Part shown: positions 9,554-17,597 of the stretch, piece by piece
Layout of the letters: each line of letters begins with the position of its first letter
How positions within the stretch are numbered: the first letter of the stretch is position 1
Assembly: GCF_004353825.1 (NCBI RefSeq)
Contig: NZ_SMNA01000005.1
Span: 434,001-498,000 of the forward strand
DNA length: 64,000 bases
From: Occultella glacieicola
GTDB lineage: Bacteria; Actinomycetota; Actinomycetes; Actinomycetales; Beutenbergiaceae
Direction: 5' to 3'
Made by a program: the position numbers and the translations under genes
The notes under the pieces: generated by a model
The model's database searches: none
Told to the model about the DNA's origin: nothing
What the model saw: the letters and a program-made list of their open reading frames with translations, nothing else

Positions 9554-11020
9554 TCATCCGGCCGTGTAGTCCTCGAGCGGGTCCCAGTCGGCGAAGGTCA
9601 ACAGGTCTCGGAGGTCGGGGGTGTCCGCCTCGTACTGGACGATCAGCGCCTCGACCTGGCTGTCGATGTTCGCTGCCAACGGCTCGTAGTCCACGTTGTT
9701 GACGATCGACTCCAGGTACGCGTTCTTGAGGTCCAGATCCGCGTTGCCGCCGGCATCGGCCCAGAAGGCCTCCGCGCCCTGGGCGAGCAGTTCCGGGTTG
9801 GGAGACGTGCGGATGTCCGTGGCAGCCACGGCCAGGATCCCCGCCTGGTCCTCGTTCTCCTGGGCCTGGTCCTCCCAGGCCACCTGGGAGGCCGTGAACG
9901 AGCCGAACTCCTCGTAGTATGCCCTGTAGAAGTCGACCGAGCCGAGGAAGTCCATGGCCGCGAGGGCCACCTCGGGATTGGCGGACTCCGACGACATCGA
10001 CCAGATCGGCTGGTGGGCAGCCGAACGCGCCGCGTAGGCGACCCGCCCGCTCTCCGGGAGCGGGATCGAGGCGATCCCCAGGCCGATGTCCGGCGCCAGT
10101 TTGCGGATCTCGGCGACGTGCCACGTGGCCGAGGGGTACATCGCCAGGCGGCCGGCGGCGAACTCCGTGAACGGGCGGCCACCGTCCCAGCTCTCCCAAC
10201 CGGGCATGTTGACGCCGTTCGCCTGCAGTTGACGCCAGAGCTCGACGGCGGCGACCCCGTCGGGGTTGGCCAGGTCCGGTGTCCCCGTGGTCAGGTTGAC
10301 ACCCGGCTTCTGTGCGAACGGCTGCACCACCTCGATGAGGTACTGCGGCGCCACGGGAGCCACGCCGAACACGCTGCCGCCACCGTTCTCGGTGATCGTG
10401 GTCGCCATCTCGACCATCTCGTCCCAGGTCGCGGGCGGGGCGTCGTAGCCGTTCTCGGCGAGGATGTCGGTGTTGTAGAGCCACAGATGCGTGTAGCCCC
10501 AGTCGCCCCACACGAGCGGGATGCTGACCAGCTTGCCCTCCCGGTGCAGACCGGAGGACGTCGGCTCGAGCGAGCCCTCGGGGAACCTCGCGGTGAAGTC
10601 GTCGTTGACGAGATCATCGAGGGGCGCCACCCAGCCACGGTCGTAGAAGCGCGTCAGGGCGCCGGAGCCCTGCACCCGCATCACGTCCGGCCCCTCGCCC
10701 TGCTGGAACATCAGCTCGAGCGCGTTGAGCTGCTGGTCGGAGGGGTTCTCGATGATGTTCACCGTGACCCCGGGGTTCGCCTCCTCGAAGAGATCGAACT
10801 GGGCCCGGTAGAACTCGCTGGCTCCGGGTGGGTCCGGTACCAGGGCGACCGTGATCTCACCGCTGAGTCCGCCCTCGCCACCGGAGGTACCGGCGTCCGT
10901 CGGGTCCTCGTCACCGCCGCCACCGACCAGGTTGCAGCCCGCGGTGGCCATCACCACGCCCGCCCCGAGCAGCACCGAACGCCGCGAGAAGCCACCGGCA
11001 CTTCCTTGTGTCCTCGTCAT
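9554..11020 (-). CDS. sugar ABC transporter substrate-binding lipoprotein, Tat-type signal
   Basis: SRRSVLLG...ATAGC (twin arginine plus lipobox), LYNTDIL...PPATWDEM; AGAGAGG RBS upstream of ATG 11020. Confidence 0.9.
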   Translation of the reverse strand: MTRTQGSAGGFSRRSVLLGAGVVMATAGCNLVGGGGDEDPTDAGTSGGEGGLSGEITVALVPDPPGASEFYRAQFDLFEEANPGVTVNIIENPSDQQLNALELMFQQGEGPDVMRVQGSGALTRFYDRGWVAPLDDLVNDDFTARFPEGSLEPTSSGLHREGKLVSIPLVWGDWGYTHLWLYNTDILAENGYDAPPATWDEMVEMATTITENGGGSVFGVAPVAPQYLIEVVQPFAQKPGVNLTTGTPDLANPDGVAAVELWRQLQANGVNMPGWESWDGGRPFTEFAAGRLAMYPSATWHVAEIRKLAPDIGLGIASIPLPESGRVAYAARSAAHQPIWSMSSESANPEVALAAMDFLGSVDFYRAYYEEFGSFTASQVAWEDQAQENEDQAGILAVAATDIRTSPNPELLAQGAEAFWADAGGNADLDLKNAYLESIVNNVDYEPLAANIDSQVEALIVQYEADTPDLRDLLTFADWDPLEDYTAG

Positions 11021-11181
11021 TGCACAACCTCTCTGTTGTCTCTCGGATGTCGCCAGGGATACAGGCGTGCTGTCCATCCGTCGCCCACTGTACACGTCCC
11101 CTGGTTCCATTATCTACGATATGGTTCCTTCACCCTTCGGTTGGCCAAGGCATTCAACCGAGGCCCTTCGACGGGGAAGAA

Positions 11182-12108
11182 ATGAGGCTTCTGATGCAGA
11201 ACGTAGCGATCCGCGGGCTGGTGCCCGTGCTGGCAACGCCGTTCACCGACGCGCTCGACCTGGACCGCGGCTCGCTGCGCCGGCTCGTGGAGTTCCAGGC
11301 CCGGTCCGGCGCCGACGGCGTCGCGATCTTCGGCATGGCGAGCGAGGCGTTCACGCTGACCACCGCCGAGCGGGAGGCGATCCTGACCGACGTGGTCGCG
11401 GCGGCCGGCCCGCTGCCGGTGGTCGCCGGAGTTGGTGCCACCGCGATCGCGCCGGCCCTGGAGCAGCTGCGCCAGTTGGCCGACGGCGGCGCTCGCGCGG
11501 CGATGGTGCTGCCCCCGTTCATGGTGAAGCCCGGTCCCGGCCAGCTGGTGGAGTTCTACGCCACGCTCGCCGCCGAAGCCGTCCGACTCGGCGTCAGCAT
11601 CATGGTCCAGGACGCACCCGGCGCCACCGGAGTGGCCATGACGCCGGAACTGATCGCCGCACTGGCGGACATCGACGGAGTCGACAGCGTCAAGGTGGAG
11701 GCACCGCCCACCCTGCCGAAGATGTGCGCGGTGGCGGCCGCCCTCGGCGACCGGCCGATGGCGATGCTCGGCGGGCAGAACGCCCAGTTCGTCCTCGACG
11801 AGTACGCCTGCGGGGCCGTGGGCACCATGCCCGCCTGCGAGTTCACCGACCTGCTCGCGGTCACCCTGGCCACCTGGAACGCCGGCGACCGCGCCACCGC
11901 GCGGGAATCGTTCGCCCACCTCCTCCCGCTGATCGTCTGGGGCCTGCAGTCCGGGCCCGCGTGGGCGATCCACAAGGAGGTGCTCGTGCGGCGCGGCGTC
12001 ATCGACTCGGCCGCCGTGCGCGCTCCCGCCCAGCCGATCCCGCCCCGGATGGCGGAGCTGCTGACCGAGGTACTTGCCCCGCTCCCCCTGGCACCGGCTA
12101 GCGTCTGA
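11182..12108 (+). CDS. dihydrodipicolinate synthase/N-acetylneuraminate lyase family protein
   Basis: GLVPVLATPF, GMASEAFTL, IMVQDAP, Schiff-base Lys in SVKVE. Alternative start 11194. Confidence 0.9.
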   Translation: MRLLMQNVAIRGLVPVLATPFTDALDLDRGSLRRLVEFQARSGADGVAIFGMASEAFTLTTAEREAILTDVVAAAGPLPVVAGVGATAIAPALEQLRQLADGGARAAMVLPPFMVKPGPGQLVEFYATLAAEAVRLGVSIMVQDAPGATGVAMTPELIAALADIDGVDSVKVEAPPTLPKMCAVAAALGDRPMAMLGGQNAQFVLDEYACGAVGTMPACEFTDLLAVTLATWNAGDRATARESFAHLLPLIVWGLQSGPAWAIHKEVLVRRGVIDSAAVRAPAQPIPPRMAELLTEVLAPLPLAPASV

Positions 12109-12175
12109 GCCACAGCGCGGGCCCGAGCCGTCCCAGGTTCGGGCCCGCCTCCGATCCACCGAACAGGGAGTATCC

Positions 12176-12895
12176 GTGCGCGCGGTCATCGTCGGTTCCA
12201 GCTCCGTCACCGCCCAGCGGATCACGCAGGCCCTGGTCGCCGACGGCGCCCGCGTGGTCGGGATCAACCCGACCGACTTCGAGCACCCGGCCCTGGCCGC
12301 GAACGTCGTCGCGGACATGTCCGAGCCACCACGTGCCGAGCTGGCCATGGCGGCGGCACTCGACCTCCTCGGCGGCATCGACGTGCTGATCACCGCCGCC
12401 GCCAAGCAGCTCGGCGGACGTCTGCACGAGACCACGGCGCAGACCTGGCGCGCGGTTCTGGCCGGCACCCTCGACACCACGTTCAACGCCATGCACGCGG
12501 CCGTGCCCCACCTCGGTCCTGGCTCCGCGATCGTCGCATTGACATCGGTGAACGCCTACCTCGCCCACCCGGGGAACTCCGCGTACGCGACCGCGAAGGG
12601 CGCGGTGCACGCACTGATCACGCAGGCCAGCCTGGAGTACGCGCCGCGGGGCATCCGGGTGAACGCGGTGGCGCCGGCGCTCATCGACGGCCACGCCATG
12701 CCCGATGGTGCGGCCGGCTACCCGATGGGGCGCACCCCCACGTCGGAGGAGGTGGCGCAGGCGGTCGCATTCCTGGCCTCGCCGCGCGCCTCCGGCATCA
12801 GCGGCGTGATCCTGCCCGTCGACGCGGGACTGTCCGTGGCCTCCCCCGTCGCCTTCATGCGGCCCGCCATGGCGCAGCGGTGGCAGACCCCGTGA
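12176..12895 (+). CDS. SDR family oxidoreductase
   Basis: LGGIDVLI, LTSVN, YATAKG (YxxxK), GIRVNAVAP, GVILPVDAG; AGGGAG RBS. Confidence 0.88.
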   Translation: MRAVIVGSSSVTAQRITQALVADGARVVGINPTDFEHPALAANVVADMSEPPRAELAMAAALDLLGGIDVLITAAAKQLGGRLHETTAQTWRAVLAGTLDTTFNAMHAAVPHLGPGSAIVALTSVNAYLAHPGNSAYATAKGAVHALITQASLEYAPRGIRVNAVAPALIDGHAMPDGAAGYPMGRTPTSEEVAQAVAFLASPRASGISGVILPVDAGLSVASPVAFMRPAMAQRWQTP

Positions 12896-13647
12896 CCGGT
12901 GCCGGTGCGGGAGATGAGGCCCGACGGCGAGGGCTCGCTCGCCTCGCCGGGTCCGGTTCGCGCGGCTCGGGCCGCGCGGGCGGCTCGGGTGGTTCACGTG
13001 GCTCTGGCGGTTCGGCCGGCTCCGGCGGCTCGGGTGGTCTCGGCCTGGTCGAGGCGGTCACGACCTGGATCTGCCGACTCGCGGCGCTGAACGTCATGTG
13101 GCTCCTGCAGACCCTCGCGGGTGGGGTGCTCCTCGGGCTCGCACCGGCCACGTCGGTCCTGTCCCAGCAACTGCGGACCGGGCTGCTGGACGACGTACAG
13201 GTCGGCTACTACCGAGACTCCTGGCGGCGGTGGCGCCAGGAGTTCTGGCGATCGCAGCAGCGCTACCTGATCCCGCTGCTGACGCCGGTCGTGCTGGGCT
13301 TCTACCTGTGGATGCTGCGCGGCCAGGCGGTCGCGGTGAGCATCGCCATCCTGCTCGCTGTATATCTGTGCTGGCTGCTCCACCTGCCGGCCGTGGCCGC
13401 TCGGGCGGACGAGGCCGGCCCGGACCGCGAGCATGGCCCCACGCGGCTGTGGCTCCTGGCGCTGCGGGCCTTCGCCGCCACGCCGGTTCCGTTCGTGCTG
13501 GCGGGGCTCGTCGGAGCCGCGGCTGCGGTGCTCGGCTACCTGTACCTTCCGGGGGCCCTGGTGTTCGCCGTGCCGTCGGTGCCGGCGCTGGCCGCCTCGA
13601 TGGCGGCGCGGCAGGTGCCCGAGCGATTGCTCACACCGGCGGACTGA
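12892..13647 (+). CDS. YesL/DUF624-like membrane protein with N-terminal Gly-Ser repeat
   Basis: CRLAALNVMWLL..LAGGVLLGLAPAT and ...WRRWRQEFWRSQ resemble DUF624; GTG overlaps the SDR stop (GTGA). Confidence 0.75.
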   Translation: MTGAGAGDEARRRGLARLAGSGSRGSGRAGGSGGSRGSGGSAGSGGSGGLGLVEAVTTWICRLAALNVMWLLQTLAGGVLLGLAPATSVLSQQLRTGLLDDVQVGYYRDSWRRWRQEFWRSQQRYLIPLLTPVVLGFYLWMLRGQAVAVSIAILLAVYLCWLLHLPAVAARADEAGPDREHGPTRLWLLALRAFAATPVPFVLAGLVGAAAAVLGYLYLPGALVFAVPSVPALAASMAARQVPERLLTPAD

Positions 13648-13656
13648 GCCCCGGCG

Positions 13657-14451
13657 TCAGGCCGAGAGCGCGGTGAAGCCCAGTCCCACCGAGATCCGGT
13701 CCGCCTGCTCGATCAGCAGCATCGCCAGACGGTCCTCGTCCTCGGCCAGGTTCATCGCCGAGAGGGGCCCGGAGACGGACATCGCCGCCACCACGGCGCC
13801 GGAGCGGTCCCGGATGGGCGCGGCCAGGCAGGCCCGGCGCAGCGCGAGCTCCTCGTTCTCCACCGAGTACCCCCGGCCACGCACGGTGTCGAGCTCGGTG
13901 AGCAGGTCGGCCAGCGAGGTGATCGTGCTACTGGTGTAGCGCGGGTACTCGCCACCGAGCAGACCCTCCACCCCGGCCCGGTCGTGGTCGAGCAGCAACG
14001 ACTTCCCGAGGGCGGTGGCGTGCAGCGGGCCACCGCGCCCGATCAGGGTGGACGCGCGGGGGGCCTGCTTGCCCTCGAAGTTGCAGAGGTAGAAGAGTCG
14101 GTCCCCGGCACGCTCGGCGACGTTGACGCCGAGACCGAGCTCGGCGGACAACTCCTGGGCGACCTGCCGGGCCTGGTGGTGCACGGGGTTCTGGTTCAGC
14201 ACCACCGACGCCAGGTTCACCACCTCCGGGCCGAGCGAGTACAGGCCACTGCGCGGGTCGTGGCTGAGGAACCCGAGCGAGAGCATCGCCCCGACCATCC
14301 GGGACACGGTGGACTGACCCAGGCCGCTGCCCGCGACGAGGTCCGCGATACGCTGCTGAGGATGCTGTGGCGTGAAGGCGGACAGTAGCGACAGCGCTCG
14401 GTCGATGCTCTGAGCGCCCTGCATCGGCTCCCGTTCGGATGCCTTCGCCAT
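13657..14451 (-). CDS. IclR family transcriptional regulator
   Basis: QSIDRALSLL HTH, PLHATALGKSLL, RGYSVENEE, CLAAPIRD...AAMSVSGP; GGAGG RBS before ATG 14451. Confidence 0.94.
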   Translation of the reverse strand: MAKASEREPMQGAQSIDRALSLLSAFTPQHPQQRIADLVAGSGLGQSTVSRMVGAMLSLGFLSHDPRSGLYSLGPEVVNLASVVLNQNPVHHQARQVAQELSAELGLGVNVAERAGDRLFYLCNFEGKQAPRASTLIGRGGPLHATALGKSLLLDHDRAGVEGLLGGEYPRYTSSTITSLADLLTELDTVRGRGYSVENEELALRRACLAAPIRDRSGAVVAAMSVSGPLSAMNLAEDEDRLAMLLIEQADRISVGLGFTALSA

Positions 14452-14494
14452 TCGTGCCCTCCACTCGGGGTCGGCCATGATCGAGTCAGGCCCC

Positions 14495-14529
14495 ACTATA
14501 GCCGACCTTGGGACTGATATGCAGCATAT
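14495..14529 (-). promoter_or_regulatory. IclR gene promoter with palindrome
   Basis: Minus-strand TATAGT at 14500-14495; perfect palindrome ATATGC-A-GCATAT at 14517-14529. Confidence 0.5.
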
Positions 14530-14577
14530 GCATGCCCCATCGAGCCGGTCTACTCGGTACGCCGACCGGACTCCCCC

Positions 14578-14651
14578 GCTGAGATCGGACCCGCGGCACT
14601 GACCTCGGACACGCCGACCGACGATGTCAGTGTCCCGGGTCCGATCTCAGC
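14578..14651 (+). repeat. intergenic hairpin repeat, copy B
   Basis: GCTGAGATCGGACCCG.GGCACTGAC.TCG-gacacgccgaccga-CGATGTCAGTGTCCCGGGTCCGATCTCAGC. Confidence 0.85.
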
Positions 14652-14655
14652 AGCG

Positions 14656-14775
14656 GGGCGGGGTCGGCGCGGGCGGGGTCGGGCGCGGGCGGGGTCGGGC
14701 GCGGGAGGGATCAGGCGCGGGCTGGGGCGGGGGGCGGGGCGCGGGGCGGGGTCAGGTGCGGGCGGGGGCGGGGGC
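14656..14775 (+). repeat. G-rich 16-bp tandem repeat (GGGCGGGGTCGGGCGC)n
   Basis: Units at 14656, 14671, 14687, 14703 and a related unit at 14744 that contains the ABC gene stop codon. Confidence 0.8.
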
Positions 14776-16587
14776 CTGCGCGAGGCGCGCGTAGAGGCCG
14801 CCGAGCGCGATCAGCTCGTCGTGGCTGCCCGTCTCCACGATCCGCCCGTGATCGACCACCGCGATCTGGTCCGCGTCGCGCACGGTGGACAGCCGGTGCG
14901 CGATCGTGATGGTGGTGCGGCCGGCGCTGACCACGTCGAGGGCAGCCTGGACGGCCCGCTCGGTCTCGTTGTCGAGCGCGCTGGTGGCTTCGTCCAGGAC
15001 GAGCACCCGGGGATCACGTAGCAGCGTGCGGGCGATCGCCAGCCGCTGCTTCTCACCGCCGGAGAACCGGTAGCCGCGGGCGCCGACGAGGGTGTCGTAG
15101 CCGTCCGGCAGGGCCACGATCAGGTCGTGGACCTGGGCCGCACGGGCGGCCTCCTCGATCTCGGCGTCGGTGGCGTCGGGCTTGGCGTAGCGCAGGTTCT
15201 CCCTGATGGTGGTGTGCAGCAGGTAGGTCTCCTGGGAGACCACGCCGACCACACCTGCCAGGTCCTGCAGGGTCATGTCCCGCAGGTCCACCCCGTCGAT
15301 CGTGACCCGGCCGGTCGTCGGGTCGTGCAGGCGCGAGACGAGCGCCGCGATCGTCGACTTGCCCGACCCGGACTCGCCCACCAGGGCGAGGCTGCCGCCG
15401 GCCGGCACGGCCAGGGTCACCCCTGAGACCGCCGGACGGTCGCCGTCGGGATAGGTGAGACCGACGCCGTCGAGCGCGAGCGCGCCACCGCCGTCGACCG
15501 GTCGGACCGGCCTGATCGGCACTGCCGGATCGTCGATCGTGACCGGCAGGTCCAGGTACTCGAAGATCCTGCTGAAGAGGGCCATCGAGCTCGTCACCTG
15601 GACGCCGACGTTGAGCACGCCCATCAGCGGACGGAACAGGCCGGCCTGCAGGCCAACGAACGCGACCAGGGTGCCGATGGTCATGCCGCCGGACGTGGCC
15701 GGCAGGCCCGCGGCGAGGTAGAGGAGCGCGGGGATCGCGGCGAAGATGATGCTCATCGTGGCCATCCGCCAGCGCCCGGCGAGCTGGGCGCGGACCTCCA
15801 GGTCCAGCAGACCCTCGGAGGTGTCGGAGAACTTGGCGGTGAGGGACGGGCCGGCGCCGAGCGTCTTGCCGAGCAGGACCCCGCTGACGGACAGCGACTC
15901 CTCGACCTGCCCGTGCAGGTTCGCGAGCGCACGCTGCCGCTGGGCGGTGACCTCGCGGCGCATGTTGGCGACCTTGCGGGTCAGCCAGATCGCCGGCGGG
16001 AGCACGATCAGCGAGAGCAGGGACAGCTGCCAGCTGAGCGCGACCATGGCGATCGCGGTCCCGACGGCGGTGGTCACGTTCGAGGCGATCGAGGTCGCGG
16101 CACTGGTCACCACGGACTGCATGGCGCCGATGTCGTGGGTCAGTCGGGACTGCACCTCGCCGCCGCGGGTGCGCTTGAAGAAGTCGAGGGACTGGCGTTG
16201 CAGGTGCGCGAACACGTCGGTGCGCAGGCGGTGCATCACGCGCTGGCCGATCTCGGTGGAGATCCAGGTCTGGAACACGCCGAGGACGGCGGAGACCACG
16301 GTCACGCCGAGCATCGCCCCGACCAGCGTCAGCAGCAGGGGGACGTCCTGGTCCGGGATCGCGTCGTCGATGAGGTGTTTGGTCAGGAACGGGGTGGCGA
16401 GCCCGATCGCAGAGGTCGCGACGATGAGCGCGACCACGCCGGCGAGCCGGGCCCGGTAGGGCGCGAACAGGGCACCGATGCGGCGCAGGCTCACGGGGTG
16501 GGACTCGAGTTGGGCCCGGTCCTTGGGGTCCGGGCGCGCGGCGTCGCGGCCACGGGGGCCCCCGGGGTTCATGGCGAAGTCGGCCAT
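14752..16587 (-). CDS. ABC exporter, fused permease/ATP-binding (MsbA/MdlB-like)
   Basis: TM domain followed by GESGSGKST, FSGGEKQRLAIAR, LVLDEATSALD, IAHRLST; GGAGAAGG RBS. Confidence 0.95.
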   Translation of the reverse strand: MADFAMNPGGPRGRDAARPDPKDRAQLESHPVSLRRIGALFAPYRARLAGVVALIVATSAIGLATPFLTKHLIDDAIPDQDVPLLLTLVGAMLGVTVVSAVLGVFQTWISTEIGQRVMHRLRTDVFAHLQRQSLDFFKRTRGGEVQSRLTHDIGAMQSVVTSAATSIASNVTTAVGTAIAMVALSWQLSLLSLIVLPPAIWLTRKVANMRREVTAQRQRALANLHGQVEESLSVSGVLLGKTLGAGPSLTAKFSDTSEGLLDLEVRAQLAGRWRMATMSIIFAAIPALLYLAAGLPATSGGMTIGTLVAFVGLQAGLFRPLMGVLNVGVQVTSSMALFSRIFEYLDLPVTIDDPAVPIRPVRPVDGGGALALDGVGLTYPDGDRPAVSGVTLAVPAGGSLALVGESGSGKSTIAALVSRLHDPTTGRVTIDGVDLRDMTLQDLAGVVGVVSQETYLLHTTIRENLRYAKPDATDAEIEEAARAAQVHDLIVALPDGYDTLVGARGYRFSGGEKQRLAIARTLLRDPRVLVLDEATSALDNETERAVQAALDVVSAGRTTITIAHRLSTVRDADQIAVVDHGRIVETGSHDELIALGGLYARLAQAPAPART

Positions 16588-16623
16588 AGGGACATCACCT
16601 TCTCCAATGTCTAGGTCATATAC

Positions 16624-16653
16624 TGAGGTTACCTCACAATGAGGGTGCCGTCA
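16624..16653. promoter_or_regulatory. putative MarR operator(s) in the divergent promoter
   Basis: Perfect TGAGGT-T-ACCTCA at 16624-16636 and a degenerate TGAGGGTGCCGTCA at 16640-16653. Confidence 0.65.
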
Positions 16654-16670
16654 ATAGTAGGCTCACGAGG

Positions 16671-17108
16671 GTGACCGACCCCCGAGGACGCGACCGCGCG
16701 CCGGAGAGCGAACCCAGCGAACTGCTTATGCAGGCGACCCGGGCACTGCGCCGGCGCTGGGCACAGTCGCTGGAACCGTGGGCGCTCGCCCCGCACGAGG
16801 CCCGGGCCCTGCGGGTGATCTGCGAGAGTGACGGCGCCCGGCTGTCCGATGTCGCGGCGCACCTGCGGATCGCGCCCCGCTCGGCCACCGAGGTGGTGGA
16901 CGCCCTTCAGGAGAAGGGCCTGGTCGAGCGCACGCCGGATCCCACCGATCGGCGCGCCGTGCTCGCCGTCCCCACCGAGTCCGGGCATAGCCTCGCCGAG
17001 GAGATCGGCGCCGCCCGTGCCCAGGTCTCGCGGGACTTCTTCGCCCGGCTCGAGCCGGGCGAGTGGGAGCACCTCACCACGCTGCTGCGGCGCCTGATCG
17101 CCGACTGA
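16671..17108 (+). CDS. MarR family transcriptional regulator
   Basis: RLSDVAAHLRIAPRSATEVVDALQEKGLVERTPDPTDRRA; TAGGCT 7 nt before GTG (leaderless). Confidence 0.93.
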   Translation: MTDPRGRDRAPESEPSELLMQATRALRRRWAQSLEPWALAPHEARALRVICESDGARLSDVAAHLRIAPRSATEVVDALQEKGLVERTPDPTDRRAVLAVPTESGHSLAEEIGAARAQVSRDFFARLEPGEWEHLTTLLRRLIAD

Positions 17109-17192
17109 CCTCCTCATGCGGGCACGAGCGCGGCGCCGGCGGCATGCTCTCCACACCCGGCCCACGGGTCCACCTCCCATGCGTCTCGCACA

Positions 17193-17240
17193 ACTACTTG
17201 ATCTGACGTAGTACGACAGATACAGTAATTACTACGTCAG
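17193..17240 (+). promoter_or_regulatory. sigma70-type promoter with PadR-type operator repeats
   Basis: TTGATC(17198)-N17-TACAGT(17221); ACTAC-N10-GTAGT at 17193-17212; inverted repeat CTGACGTAGTA / TACTACGTCAG. Confidence 0.7.
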
Positions 17241-17262
17241 TCGGGGGGGGGAGAGGGATGTG

Positions 17263-17592
17263 ATGATCAGCGCAGACTTCATCCGCGGCTACGTGGATCT
17301 CCTGGTGCTTGAGTCGCTGCTCGACCAGCCCTCGTACGGATACGCGATCTCGAAACGGATCGAGGAGCTCTCCCGGGGCCAGTACGAGATGAAGGAGACC
17401 ACCCTCTACTCGGCGGTCCGCCGGCTCGAGAAGACCGGGGCCGTCACCTCGTTCCAGGGCACGCACAGCCAGGGACGTGCCCGCACGTACTACCGACTCA
17501 CCGAGTTCGGCCGCCGCTTCTACGACGAGAAGTGCGAGGAGTGGCGCCAGACCGTGGCCCTCGTCGGCCGTTTCGTCCGCGACCCCCACTGA
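17263..17592 (+). CDS. PadR family transcriptional regulator
   Basis: IRGYVDLLVL, SYGYAIS, KETTLYSAVRRLE, RARTYYRLT. Confidence 0.94.
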   Translation: MISADFIRGYVDLLVLESLLDQPSYGYAISKRIEELSRGQYEMKETTLYSAVRRLEKTGAVTSFQGTHSQGRARTYYRLTEFGRRFYDEKCEEWRQTVALVGRFVRDPH

Positions 17593-17597
17593 GAGGG

